64,000 nt of DNA from an uncultured Planctomycetaceae bacterium (GCA_963815195.1 CAWFGE010000023.1:480001-544000), one strand, 5' to 3'. Counted from the stretch's first letter, positions 1 through 11,207 are shown. Translations and numbers: made by a program. Notes: a model not told the origin generated them from the sequence alone.

Positions 1-193
1 TTGCGGGCGAAGAAGCGGATTCGCTCACGACTCCCGCCCACCAGAAGAAACCGTGATATTTTGTCACAGCCGAAGACGCTCGGAACCCTTTTACTGCTAT
101 AAGTTTACAGTTCTTCACTTTGTTCATTGACGAAGCCTCCGGTGGAACGTGGAGGGTTTGTCAATGAGGGACATCGATCGGAAAGAAGGCATT

Positions 194-1001
194 ATGGACC
201 GCCCAACCGCTCTCGACCTGCTGGAAGTCGTTCGCCCGGATGCGGACGATCTCCACGATCTGGTATTCGAGGAGGCTTTGGCGTATCTGGAAACGGATCC
301 CGAGGCGGGCGAAGAGTTTGCGCCGGCGGGACCAGGATCGGCAAATCGCCGAGGCGATGCAAGAGGTCCCGGTGCCTGGGGATCTCAAGCAGCGTTTGGT
401 CGCGGCCCTCGAAGAGAATCCGGTCCGCGTGCCCGAATCCTCCCCCGGGGAAAAATCTCCGGTGCGGCGGCGATGGATGCTCTCGGCTTTGGTGGTGCTC
501 GCGAGCAGTCTTTTGGCGGCGGTGGGGATCTGGCTGTTCTACGAACCGGAACCTCGATTGCTCACGGTGCAAGAGTTGGAAAACTCCGCGCCCTACACCG
601 AGGCCGAGTTCGCCCGGCTCCAGGCGTTCTCCGGGCCGTTTGAACCGCGCCTGCCGGAAGGTCTGTGGGTGATGGATCGGCGGTTTCATTTTTCCTCTGC
701 GAAGGGCTTCGCCCCGAATCCGGAAGGGGCCGACCGTGTCGCGGTTTACGAGTTCCATTTTCGCGATCCCCGGCAGCCGCGGGCCGGCGTTTTGAGGGGC
801 GTGTTGCTCGTTTTGCCGAAGTCGGGACTCGAAGCGGCTCCCGAAAGCCAGTCGTTTTTCGACGGCACCTACACCACGACCCAAGCCCAGCCCCGCGTGG
901 CCATCCGCGCGTGGACGGAGCGGGACCGCGTGTATGTCTGCCTGGTGCCGATGGCCGACTTCGATGCGCTCAGCCGGGCTTTGGAATCCACCCACGCATA
1001 G
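194..1001 (+). CDS. Membrane-anchored hypothetical protein, anti-sigma-factor-like; frameshift near 325
   Basis: N-terminus MDRPTALDLLEVVRP (149 frame) joins DRQIAEAMQEVPVPGDLKQRL (240 frame); single TM segment after RRRW. Confidence 0.55.
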
Positions 1002-1090
1002 CCAAACTCGCCGGGGCAATTTCCGCAAAATCCCCCCAAGCGTTCGTGATGGTCAGGATTTCGGGCGAGATTTTGCCGTGCCATAAATCC

Positions 1091-2654
1091 GTGTCTGGCC
1101 GTTTTCTATGGCGCGAACTGGGTAGAGTGTGTAAAGTAGGCAATCCTGTCGTCCGCGATGTGCGGGGGCGAGTTGATTTCACTTCCAGAGGAGGGATTGC
1201 GATGCAGGAACCCCGAGTTGCCAAAGAGGTTTATATCGAGTCAATGCGGTCGGAGCTTGAGGGCTTGTTGGGCGAAGTGATGGAGGCCGTGAATGCGGCG
1301 CCGGGCGGTCGCGTGATTGCCGACAGTGAGGAGCAAGTGCGGCAGTTGATGCACGAGTTTCGCCGCCGGGCTTACGAGCGGGCCGTGCAGATGCGAGCGG
1401 ACTCAGCCGAGTCCGCTTTTCCCCCCTCCGGAGAACGAAGCGACGGGAACACCCATGCGCAACAAAGGTCGCCAGAAGCACACCGTGATGACGGTCAACG
1501 GGCGGGTTAAGCTTCGCCGGATTCGCTGGCAACCAGCCGGCGGCGGCAGCGTGACGCCGCTGGATGAGTGGTTGGACGAAGCCTGCCAGCAGTTCACGCA
1601 AGGCGTCGTCGAATTGGCCTGCCGATTGAACCGTTGCGAAAGCAGTTTTCTGGAACTGTCCGTGACCCTGAAGCGTGCGGCGGGGCTTTCGATCGGCAAG
1701 GAAACGCTCCGGCAATTGATCGAAGCCGAAGGCCAAACGGTCTTGGAACAAACGCGTCGCAACGAACTGAGGCCCGACTGGGAGGCGTCGGATTGCCAAA
1801 CCCCTGAGGGCGAAACTCGCGTGTATTTCGGTTGTGACGGCGTGAAGGTTCCCGTGATCACGGAGACGGAAAAGAAGCAGCGGCGGGCTCAGGTCGTCGA
1901 GAAACGGAAAGAACGCAAATCCGAGGGCCGCTCTCTCAATCCGTTGGAACGATTGAAGCCGGGCGCCGACGGCCCGTACAAGGAATTTCGTCTGGTGCAG
2001 TTTTATTCGGAAGACCAGGAAAACCGCTGGATCAGCGTCAGCCGGGGCGACCATGAAGTGGTCGGGCGGGTGATGCGCCGGGACGCCTCGCGGATTCAGT
2101 TGGATCAGGCGGACGCTTCGATCGGGATTTATGACGGGGCCGTGTGGATCGATCGCCAAGCGGAGAAACAAGGCCTGCGGTTGACCGCCCGCGGACTCGA
2201 CTTCTGGCATCTTCGGGATTACGCGCAAAAGACGCGGCGGTCGCTTTACGGAGACGACGAAGCCGGCAAAAGCTGGCTGGACGAATTGATGCACACCTTC
2301 AAGCATGAAGGTTACGAAACAGCGTGGGATCAGCTCACGACCCAGCGGGCCCAACTGGAAAACGAAACGAAAAAGCAAGCCCTGGATGGACTCTTGCACT
2401 ACATGGCCGAACGCAGCCATCTGATTAAATACCCCGAGTTCCGCGCCAACGGGTGGCAAATCGGCAGCGGTCCAACCGAAGCCCAATGCCGCACGACCAC
2501 CAGCCGCATCAAAGGCAAAGGCCGCCGCTGGGATCCCGACAACGCCCTGGCCGTAATGGCCTTGGAAGCCCTCCACCAAAGCCACGCCTGGGACTCTCAC
2601 TGGAACCTCAATTGACCAACCAACTTAACCCCGCCAGAATTTCCGGCCACACAC
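1091..2654 (+). mobile_element. ISKra4/ISLre2-like (IS256 superfamily) insertion sequence, copy 1, 1564 bp
   Basis: Near-identical to 23161-24724 and 38419-39983; imperfect terminal IRs gtgtctggccg / cggccacacac; transposase motifs GCDG, YDGA, LDFWH, IGSGPTEA. Confidence 0.92.
1202..2615 (+). CDS. ISKra4-like transposase: ORF-A 1202-1510 plus ORF-B 1455-2615, probably joined by a +1 frameshift
   Basis: DDE plus DxxH motifs; SD gaggaggga before ATG 1202; TTTTCCCCCC at 1417-1426. Confidence 0.85.
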
Positions 2655-2668
2655 ACCGCAGAAGCGCC

Positions 2669-2799
2669 CGGGTGCCACTGGCAGCTTGCTGCCAGTGTTT
2701 TTACAATCCAAACACACACCGGGAAAACCGTCCGTAAGCCAATTCCGCGAAGCCACTGGCAACAAGTTGCCAGTGGCACCCGGCGCCAGTGGCACCCGG
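2669..2799. repeat. REP-like palindromes of the GGGTGCCACTGGCA...TGCCAGTG(GCACCC) family
   Basis: Copies near 2669-2697 and 2752-2782, partial copy 2785-2799. Confidence 0.7.
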
Positions 2800-3177
2800 C
2801 GTCCCGCACTGCTTCCTGTTCCCCGGTGGGGTCTTGGTCATCCGACAGGTCTCCCTGCTTTATGTATCTGGCCTTCGGACCATTCCGCCTCCAACCACCT
2901 GACTGCTCCCGCCATCGCTTTGACACGCGGGCACCGCCCGCAGGGTGGTCCCTCAGCGTGGCGGGCTTCCCAAAACAGGTCTGGGCTTCGCCGTTCCCTA
3001 GCAGGCTCGCCAGACAGCCCGGCCGAATCGAGTTCACTTGCGTTACGGAATGGTCGTTCTCCTCCGGTTGTTTCCCACCCCCTGTCGTCAGGACGCAGTG
3101 ACCATCAGATACAGGCCGGAGAGCGTCTGCCTGAAGGGGACTTCCACCTCTCGAACCAGATACACTCACAGGCACAC
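2800..3177 (-). mobile_element. Probable 5'-terminal fragment of a group II intron (domain I region, no RT ORF)
   Basis: Starts GTGTG at 3177; contains GGTGGAAGTCC, GTGAACTCGATTCGGCC, GCGAGCCTGC..GGCGAAGCC and GGGAGACCTG, recalled from bacterial group II introns. Confidence 0.6.
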
Positions 3178-3318
3178 TAGGGTCCGCTGTGCGGACCATT
3201 GGGTTTCTTGGAATTCTACGAATGGCTTGCAGAATCGCGCGCCCGTTGTTGCAATGATTTTGGGCCACGAAGTGAAAATGGTCCGCACAGCAGTCTAGGG
3301 TCCGCATGCGCGGACCAC
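3178..3318. repeat. REP-like hairpins (G)TAGGGTCCGCTGTGCGGACC
   Basis: Copies at 3178-3197 and 3280-3317; degenerate copy at 45079-45099. Confidence 0.7.
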
Positions 3319-3366
3319 CAATCCTCGTCAGCCAAATCGAAACAGAATTCGCATCAAGGTTCAGGC

Positions 3367-4809
3367 ATGTTACACCCACCGTTCAATCGGCGCGAGATGT
3401 TGTCCCGCAGCGGCATGGGGCTGGGATCGCTGGCGTTCGCCCAGTTGCTCCAGCAGACGGGAAACCTCGTTCAAAGTCAAAAGGCGGACGCGGGACTCCG
3501 CGGGCCCAACCCGCTGGCTCCCAAGCCCGCCCAGTTTCCGTCGCGGGTCAAGCACGTCATTCATCTCTTCATGAACGGCGGCCCATCGCATGTCGACACC
3601 TTCGATCCCAAGCCGATGTTGCAAAAGTACGCGGGGAAGAAATTGCCGAACGGGAATCTCCGCACCGAGCGCCCCACCGGAGCCGCTTTCCCTTCGCCGT
3701 TCAAGTTTCAAAAATATGGCCAGAGCGGCATCGAAGTCAGCGAGCTTTTCCCGCACGTGGGGAAGTGCGTGGACGACCTGGCGGTGATTCGTTCGATGCA
3801 CGCCGACGTCCCCAACCACGAGCCGTCGCTGTTGTTGATGAACTGCGGCGAAGCCCGCTTGATCCGGCCGAGCCTGGGATCCTGGCTCACATATGGCTTG
3901 GGCAGCGAGAACCAAAACCTGCCGGCGTTTATCGCGATGTGTCCTGGCGGCTATCCGATCCAGGAATCGCAAAACTGGCAGTCGGGTTTCTTGCCGGGGA
4001 TTTACCAGGGGACTTATATTGACACGAAGCACACCGAGATCGACAAGCTCATCGCCCACATCAAAAACGACCGCGTCTCGAGAGCCGACCAACGCCGGCA
4101 GTTGGATTTGCTGTTGGCCCTCAACGTGCGGCATCAAGACCAGCGGCCGAACGATCCCGAACTCGACGCCCGCATTCAATCCTTCGAACTCGCCTACCGC
4201 ATGCAGCAAGAGGCAGCCGAGGCCTTCGATGTCAGCCGCGAACCGAAGCACATTCAGGAGATGTACGGTCCCGGTACGCAGGCTCGGCAGATTCTGATCG
4301 CCCGCCGGCTCGTTGAGCGCGGCGTTCGCTTTGTGCAGGTTTGGCACGGCCAGGGCCAGCCTTGGGACAGCCACGACGACATCGAAGTCAACCACCGCCG
4401 GCTGGCCCGCGAATGCGACCAGGCGATCGGGGCCTTGATCACGGATCTCAAACAGCGCGGGATGCTCGAAGAGACTTTGATTATCTGGGGCGGCGAGTTC
4501 GGCCGCACTCCCGCCGTCGAATTGCCCAAGAAAGGCAGCAACCAGGGCAAAGTCAACGGCCGGGACCACAACCACTACGGCTTCACGATGTGGCTCGCCG
4601 GCGGCGGGGTAAAAGCCGGGACGGTTTACGGGGCCACCGACGAGTTCGGCTTCAAAGCTGTGGAAAACCGCGTGCACGTCCACGATCTGCACGCGACGAT
4701 TCTCCGGCTGATCGGCTTCGATCACGAACGCTTCACCTACCGCTATGCCGGCCGCGACTTCCGTCTGACCGATGTCCACGGCCGAATTATCGACGACCTG
4801 ATCGCGTAG
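3367..4809 (+). CDS. DUF1501 domain protein (Tat-like leader)
   Basis: NRREML leader, LFMNGGPSHVDTFDPKP, ARRLVERGVRFVQ, GGEFGRTP, GRDH, HDLHATIL. Confidence 0.93.
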   Translation: MLHPPFNRREMLSRSGMGLGSLAFAQLLQQTGNLVQSQKADAGLRGPNPLAPKPAQFPSRVKHVIHLFMNGGPSHVDTFDPKPMLQKYAGKKLPNGNLRTERPTGAAFPSPFKFQKYGQSGIEVSELFPHVGKCVDDLAVIRSMHADVPNHEPSLLLMNCGEARLIRPSLGSWLTYGLGSENQNLPAFIAMCPGGYPIQESQNWQSGFLPGIYQGTYIDTKHTEIDKLIAHIKNDRVSRADQRRQLDLLLALNVRHQDQRPNDPELDARIQSFELAYRMQQEAAEAFDVSREPKHIQEMYGPGTQARQILIARRLVERGVRFVQVWHGQGQPWDSHDDIEVNHRRLARECDQAIGALITDLKQRGMLEETLIIWGGEFGRTPAVELPKKGSNQGKVNGRDHNHYGFTMWLAGGGVKAGTVYGATDEFGFKAVENRVHVHDLHATILRLIGFDHERFTYRYAGRDFRLTDVHGRIIDDLIA

Positions 4810-4854
4810 TCGTTCGCTTTCCGTTTTAGGTCCCGCGGCCCGAGGAATCATCCC

Positions 4855-5772
4855 ATGACCGATCCCATCAATCGACGGCAGGCTCTGGTCGCGGCGGCTT
4901 CAAGCGTGTTGGCCGGGACGCTATGGCATCCCTTCGCGAAAGCGGCCGGCGACAAGAAGGAACCCGAGCAGCCGATTTGCGTATTTACGAAGCCGTTCAA
5001 TTCCCTCTCGTTCGATCAACTGGCCGAGGGTGTGGCCGAATTGGGTTTCGACGGCATCGAAGCCCCGATTCGAAAAGGCGGCCACATCGAGCCGGCGGAG
5101 GCCCAAGACAAATTGCCCAGGCTGGCCCTGGCTCTCAAAAAGCGGGGCCTGGAAATCACGGTGATGACCTCCGACATCAACGATCCTCGCGATCCACTCA
5201 CGGCCAAGGTGCTGCGGACCGCGGCTGGACTGGGCATCCGGCGGTATCGCATGAAGTATCTGACCTACGATCTCAAACGGCCCGTCGACCAGCAACTCCA
5301 CGAATGGCAAGCCCAGCTCAAGGACCTCGCGGCGATGAACCGCGAGATCGGCATTCGGGCGGTGTATCAAAATCACGCCAGCGGTAAACTCCTCGGCGCG
5401 GCGATTTGGGATTTGGCTGTCGTGCTCGAAGGGATTCCAGTGGAGCAAATCGGCGTGGCTTACGACATCCGCCACGCCGCGGTGGAAGGCGGGATGAGTT
5501 GGCCGATCACGTTCCAAAAAATCCGCCCGCATATCGACACCGTTTACGCGAAGGATTTCCGCTGGGTCAACGGAAAACCGGAAAACGTGCCGTTGGGAGA
5601 AGGGCAGGTCAGCCCGCAGGTTTTCCAGATGCTCGCCCAATCGAATTTCGACGGCCCGGTTTCCTTGCACGAGGAATACCTGGACCACCGCAAGCCGGAA
5701 TTGGTCCCCGAGCATTTCGCGGCGATGAAGCGCGATCTGGCCACGCTCAAACGCTGGCTGAACCGCGCCTAA
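4855..5772 (+). CDS. Sugar phosphate isomerase/epimerase (xylose isomerase-like TIM barrel), Tat leader
   Basis: NRRQAL leader, GFDGIE, YQNH, YDIRH, KDF, SLHEEY. Confidence 0.85.
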   Translation: MTDPINRRQALVAAASSVLAGTLWHPFAKAAGDKKEPEQPICVFTKPFNSLSFDQLAEGVAELGFDGIEAPIRKGGHIEPAEAQDKLPRLALALKKRGLEITVMTSDINDPRDPLTAKVLRTAAGLGIRRYRMKYLTYDLKRPVDQQLHEWQAQLKDLAAMNREIGIRAVYQNHASGKLLGAAIWDLAVVLEGIPVEQIGVAYDIRHAAVEGGMSWPITFQKIRPHIDTVYAKDFRWVNGKPENVPLGEGQVSPQVFQMLAQSNFDGPVSLHEEYLDHRKPELVPEHFAAMKRDLATLKRWLNRA

Positions 5773-5993
5773 AAGACTCCGCCGATCATCGCAAATCGGT
5801 TCCGAAAGGGCTCCCATCATTTGCCCAATCCCTGCGCGGATTTGCCAAGCGAAATCGCAGGCGTGGTGCGGAAAGTTCCTTCGCGAAGATCTTTTCTGCA
5901 TTTGGGCGCGCGTTGGAAAACTTGCGGATTTTCCGCGGTTTCCCCATCAATCGCCGCGGTTTATCAAAGCGGAGATCTCGATTGCGAACGCCT

Positions 5994-6009
5994 TGGCATG
6001 CCGATTGCT
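5994..6009 (+). promoter_or_regulatory. Sigma-54 (-24/-12) promoter upstream of the DUF1559 operon
   Basis: TGGCAT-GCCGA-TTGCT, GG-N10-GC spacing, intergenic. Confidence 0.6.
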
Positions 6010-6284
6010 TTTCGAGTCAACGACTCGTTTGAGCCCAAGCGTTCGACCCGCCTGAAACCCGCCTGCCCCACGCTGGAGTCCGTCTGCCCCATGTAATCTC
6101 CCTACCGTAACTCGGCCGTGCGACGGGCCATCGCACGTTATTCCCGCCCGTGAATCCCGCTTTGTCTTCCTTCGGATTGTTCCCGCGATTGGACTGTTTT
6201 CCGCGTGCCTTTTGCGGTCTTGGTCCGCGCCCCGATTGTTTTCCCATTCCTGTTTTGATTTTTTTGTTTCGAGGAGTCGAAATC

Positions 6285-7304
6285 ATGTTGCCGACGCGAT
6301 TGAATCGGTCCGCCCGCTTACGGGGCTTCACGTTGATCGAGCTTTTAGTGGTGATTGCGATCATCGCCATCTTGATTGCCTTGTTATTGCCCGCGGTGCA
6401 GCAAGCCCGCGAAGCCGCCCGCCGCACCGAGTGCAAGAACCAGCTCAAGCAGCTCGGCTTGGCGCTCCACAACTATCACGATTCCAACCTGACGTTTCCG
6501 ATGGGGACGCGTTATCCCATCAGCGCGCCGAATTGGCGGGTGGGCATTTTGCCTTATCTCGATCAGGCCGCGCTCTACAACAACGTGGACATCAATTCGC
6601 AAGCGACCATTGGCGGGTTTTCGAGCAAGCGCGAAGACAGCGGCAGCTACGGCTACGGGACCGGCCGGAATGCCGTGCTCAAGGGGCTCGCTGTGCCCAA
6701 TTGGAATTGCCCCTCCAGCCCCAACTCCAAAAACGCCAGCGGACAGTCCCCGACATATAACAATGCCGAGCTCGGGCAGACGATGGATTACGTCGGCATC
6801 GCGGGCGCCACGCCCGACCCCGGCGGGAACACGGGCGTGTGTTCCGGGACGACCGGTTACGGCGGGATCTTCTGCGAGAACGGCATGCTGTTCCCCAACG
6901 GCAACACGCGGATCCGCGACGTGACGGACGGGGCCTCGAATACGATGATCGTCGGCGAGCAATCGGGACGCGTGGGCGGCACGAAAGACATCCGCGCAAA
7001 CTACCACGGCGGTTGGGCGGGTTTTACGGTCACGCAGCGGCCGGCTTCCATGACCGGTTCCCCGTGGGGGTCCGCCACCACGACGCTCAGGTATCCCATC
7101 AATGCGGGCCTCTCGGTTTGCGTCGGTGGCTCGGGCTGCGACGCGACGTACGACGGCAACACCGTGCTCAACTCGTTTCACCCGGGAGGAACTCAAGTGC
7201 TACTCGTCGACGGCTCGGTGCATTTCCTCTCGGAAAACATGAACCTCAACACCTTCCGCAGCCTCGGCGCCCGAAACGACGGCCAGGTCGTCGGCCAGTT
7301 TTGA
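6285..7304 (+). CDS. DUF1559 protein with prepilin-type N-terminal motif
   Basis: GFTLIELLVVIAIIAILIALLLPAVQQAREAARR; DGASNT; HPGG..LLVDGSVHF. Confidence 0.95.
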   Translation: MLPTRLNRSARLRGFTLIELLVVIAIIAILIALLLPAVQQAREAARRTECKNQLKQLGLALHNYHDSNLTFPMGTRYPISAPNWRVGILPYLDQAALYNNVDINSQATIGGFSSKREDSGSYGYGTGRNAVLKGLAVPNWNCPSSPNSKNASGQSPTYNNAELGQTMDYVGIAGATPDPGGNTGVCSGTTGYGGIFCENGMLFPNGNTRIRDVTDGASNTMIVGEQSGRVGGTKDIRANYHGGWAGFTVTQRPASMTGSPWGSATTTLRYPINAGLSVCVGGSGCDATYDGNTVLNSFHPGGTQVLLVDGSVHFLSENMNLNTFRSLGARNDGQVVGQF

Positions 7305-7358
7305 CGATCAATCGAGAAACGATTCTCCCTCCCAATTCTCTTATCACGGAACAGACCG

Positions 7359-7784
7359 ATGATTCCAGGACTCTTGAAGATTCTTAAAACGCATTCGTTA
7401 TCCGCAGCCGCTTTGGCCGTTTTCCTCGGAGCACTTTGCGGTTGCGGCGGCTCGGAACCTTCGGGCAGCGTGCAGGGCACGGTGACCCTCAAAGGCAAGC
7501 CGCTCGAAGACGGGCAGGTGCTGTTATTTGCCGAACCGGGACGGCCGGTGTCGGCGGCGGCGATTTCCGCGAACGGCGTCTTTCAATTCGCCGAGCCGAT
7601 TCCCGCGGGCAAATATGCGGTCGCGATCTTGCCGGCCGGGGAAGAACTTCCCGCCGGTGCGGAGCCTCCTTCCGTGAAAACCGCCCTTCCCCAAATCCCT
7701 CCGAAATACCGCAGCGAAGTCACCAGCGGCTTAAACGCGGCCATCCAACCAGGCGATAACGCCTTGACGTTTCAGATGAAATAG
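7359..7784 (+). CDS. Lipoprotein with carboxypeptidase-regulatory-like domain (usual DUF1559 partner)
   Basis: CGCG lipobox, VQGTVTLKGKPL, IPPKY. Confidence 0.8.
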   Translation: MIPGLLKILKTHSLSAAALAVFLGALCGCGGSEPSGSVQGTVTLKGKPLEDGQVLLFAEPGRPVSAAAISANGVFQFAEPIPAGKYAVAILPAGEELPAGAEPPSVKTALPQIPPKYRSEVTSGLNAAIQPGDNALTFQMK

Positions 7785-7793
7785 GGACCATGT

Positions 7794-7857
7794 ATCAGCC
7801 CGAGCGCGCTAGCGTCCGGTTATCCCAATAAACCGGGGCTAGCGCCCTGCGGCTGAT
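7794..7857. repeat. REP-like doublet (CCGGxGGCTAGCGCC..CGGCTxA family)
   Basis: Related copies near 28566-28644, 33352-33378 and 34596-34619. Confidence 0.6.
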
Positions 7858-8086
7858 CGATGCGACAATTATTGTTCGAGCGATCCTCACCTTTCTCAAC
7901 TTCTTCCCTCGGGCTTTGCTTCGCCGCGGAATGATCCCGCCGGTGTCCAAGGCCCGTTTGTTTGTTTCTTCCGTCCACCCTTCGCCGCGAGTTTTTCGCC
8001 GATGCTTTGGCCTTTGCCTCGGTTTTGGTTTAATCTGTAAGCCGTTGGTTTTGCCAAACGGATCAAACCTTTGAGGAGTTCTGGCC

Positions 8087-10112
8087 ATGCGAGTCACCGA
8101 ACGGCATCGTTTCGCCCTCGGCACTGCGCTCGATTTTCGCGCTCATGTTCTCCCAAGCCTCGGCGGGGCTGAAGGAGGAATTGCTGCCGAGGCTCCAGTC
8201 GCATCGCGGGCGGGTCGCGGTGTCGGTGAAACATCTCAAGCTGGGCACGGGGTTCGATTTTCAAGCCGACGAACCGATGTCCACGGCGAGCCTGATCAAA
8301 CTCCCGGTGATGATCGAAGCCTACCGCCAGGCCGCGGCGGGAAAGATCGACCTCGATGCCCCGGTCACATTGCGAGAGGAAGACAAGGTGCCCGGTTCGG
8401 GGATCCTCACCACGCAGTTTTCCCCGGGGGCCCGGTTTCCGCTGCGGGACGCGATTCGCTTGATGATCGCCTATTCCGACAACACGGCCACGAACCTGGT
8501 GCTCGATCAAATCGGGTTGAAAGCCACCAACGAATATATGGAGAAGCTCGGCTTTCCCAACACGAAAATCCATGCCAAGGTGTTCCGGCGGGACACATCC
8601 ATCGCCCCCGACCGCAGCCGGCAATTTGGGTTGGGCAGCACGACAGCGAAGGAGCTGGTTTCGCTCTTGGAGCTTCTCCATCAAGGCAAACTGGCCGATG
8701 CGGAACACACGAAGGCGATGCTCGAACATCTGGAGCGCTGCGAGGACAAAGCCCGCTTTCCGCGGCTTTTGCCGGCGGGAACCAAGGTGGCTCATAAGAC
8801 CGGTTCGGTCTCGCGGGTCCGCACGGATGCGGGGATCATCTTTTCTCCGTCGGGGCCGATTGCCCTCTGCGTGCTGACGGCGGAGAACCAGGACCAGCGC
8901 TGGACCGAAGACAACGCCGGCACGCGGTTGTGCAGCGACGTGGCGAAGATTGTGTTCGATCATTTTAATTCCAAACCTGCGGTCGCGGCGGCGAATCCGC
9001 AGGAACTGAAACTCGGTGCGGAAGGCCCGTTGGTTGAGGACTTGCAAAGAACCTTGAACGCCCGCTTGGAGCCTTCGCCGCAAATTGCCCAAGACGGCGA
9101 GTTCGGCCCCGAAACCCAATCGGCCGTGGAGCGGTTTCAGAAAGAGCACAAGCTGACGGTCAGCGGCATCGTCGCGGCGGAGACTTGGAAGGCGCTCGGA
9201 ACATTGGTGACAACCGACCCGCCAGTGCCGGCTCCGGAACAAGTCAATCACGCCGAGTTGCCCGTCACCGACGCGGACCCGCTCAGCGGGCCGCCTCTGG
9301 TGACCTCGAAAGCCTGGGCGATTGCCGACGCCGAGACGGGGAAACTTTTGGAAGGCCGGCAGGCGGACAAACCCCGCGATTTCGCGAGCACGACGAAAAT
9401 GATGACGGCCTATCTCGTCTTGAAACTTGCCGAGACCGAGCCAAAGGTGTTCGACGAAGAGGTCGTGTTTTCCGAGAGGGCCGACACCACCGGCGGCTCG
9501 TCGGCGCGGATTCGCGCGGGAGAACGGCTCCCCGTCAGAGAACTGCTTTACGGACTCATGCTGCCTTCGGGGAACGATGCCTCGATCGCCTTGGCCGAGC
9601 ACTTCGGCGGCCGGTTTGCCAAGGACAAAACCGAAGAACCCGATCCGCTGGATTCGTTCGTGGCGGAGATGAACCGCACTGCAAAAGCCTTGGGCATGGA
9701 GCACACGACTTACAAAAATCCGCACGGCCTCACCGCGGAAGGCCATCAGAGCACCGCCGAGGATTTGGCGAAGCTTGGGCATGCGGCGATCCGGCTTCCC
9801 AAGTTTCGGGAGTACATCAACACCCGGCAGCACGGCTGCACTTTGACGGGGCCGGGCGGCTATCGGCGGAACATCGTTTGGAAGAACACCAACCAGCTTT
9901 TGGGCATCCGGGGCTACCACGGCATCAAAACCGGCACGACCTCCGCGGCCGGGGCGTGTCTCGTTTCGCTCGGCGAGCGCGGCGGGAAATCGGTGATCGT
10001 CGTCGTCCTGGGAGCCACCTCCGGCGATGCCCGCTACGTCGATACCCGAAACCTCTTCCGCTGGTGGTGGCAGGAAGGCGAAGCCCTCAGCCAAGAATCA
10101 AAGGAAAACTAA
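8087..10112 (+). CDS. Fusion of class A beta-lactamase-like serine hydrolase, peptidoglycan-binding domain and S11 D-Ala-D-Ala carboxypeptidase; leader frameshifted near 8130
   Basis: Domain 1 SLIK/SDN/KTG; DGEFGPETQSAVERFQ; domain 2 STTK/SGN/KTG. Confidence 0.85.
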
Positions 10113-10115
10113 CCG

Positions 10116-11207
10116 ATGCGACTGGTCACTTTTGGCGAAGTGATGCTCCGGCTCGCGCCGCAGGAGTTTTACCGGCTCCGGCAGACGATGCCCGGGACTT
10201 TGGATGCCACGTTCGGCGGCGGGGAACTCAACGTCGCGGTCTCGGTGGCGGTTCAGGGCGGGAAGTCTGCGTTTCTGACGGTGCTGCCCGACAACCCCAT
10301 CACCGACGCGTTCGTCCAGGAACTAAAAAAGCTCGGCGTGGATGCTGAGCTGGTGATCCGCTCAAACCGCGGCCGGTTTGGGATTTATTTTGTCGAAACC
10401 GGAGCCAACCAGCGCGGCGGCACCGTGACTTACGACCGCGACGGATCGGCGATTTCGATTTTTGATCCTGACGAGTACGATTGGAACGCCTCGTTTGAGG
10501 GGGCCGACTGGCTGCACGTCACGGGGATTACGCCGGCTTTGAGCGAGAACGCCGCGGAAGCGACGTTGCTGGCCCTCAAAAATGCGCGGGAGCGCGGCTT
10601 AAAAATCTCCTGCGATTTGAACTACCGCAAAAAACTCTGGCGGTGGGACAAGAAAACCCCTCCGGTGGACCTGGCCCGCAAAACCATGCGGGAACGGATG
10701 CCTTTGATCGATTACGTGATCGCCAACGAGGAAGACGCCGATTTGGCGCTTGGTATTCGGGCGGAGGAAACCGATGTGGAGGCCGGTGAACTCAACGCGG
10801 CGGCTTACGCAGGCGTGGCCCGGCGGATTGTGGAAGAGTTCCCCAACGTCTTAGGCGTCGCGATCACGCTTCGCGAAAGCCTTTCCGCGAGCCATAACAA
10901 TTGGGGGGCGATGTATTACGAATCCGGTTCTCAAAAGTCGCATTTCGCACCGACGACGGCGGACGGCGTTTATACTCCCTATGAGATTCGCAATATCGTG
11001 GACCGCGTCGGGGCGGGGGATTCGTTTGCCGGGGCATTGATCTTCGCCATGAACACGCCGGGGCTCGATACGTTTCCCACGGCTCTCGAATACGCCGTCG
11101 CCGCGAGTTGTTTGAAGCACAGCATCAAAGGCGATTTCAATTACGTGACGCGATCCGAGATCGAAAGCCTGATGCGCGGCTCCGGCAGCGGCCGCGTGCA
11201 GCGCTGA
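10116..11207 (+). CDS. kdgK: PfkB sugar kinase, 2-keto-3-deoxygluconate kinase-like
   Basis: FGEVMLRL, DLNYRKKLW, DRVGAGDSF. Confidence 0.8.
   Translation: MRLVTFGEVMLRLAPQEFYRLRQTMPGTLDATFGGGELNVAVSVAVQGGKSAFLTVLPDNPITDAFVQELKKLGVDAELVIRSNRGRFGIYFVETGANQRGGTVTYDRDGSAISIFDPDEYDWNASFEGADWLHVTGITPALSENAAEATLLALKNARERGLKISCDLNYRKKLWRWDKKTPPVDLARKTMRERMPLIDYVIANEEDADLALGIRAEETDVEAGELNAAAYAGVARRIVEEFPNVLGVAITLRESLSASHNNWGAMYYESGSQKSHFAPTTADGVYTPYEIRNIVDRVGAGDSFAGALIFAMNTPGLDTFPTALEYAVAASCLKHSIKGDFNYVTRSEIESLMRGSGSGRVQR

Noticed and set aside
1179..2600. Long antisense ORFs (here and at 3370-4851, 8094-10094, 20962-23019, 51231-53318 and others)
   Set aside because: Shadow frames of real genes in high-GC DNA, with no recognisable motifs.
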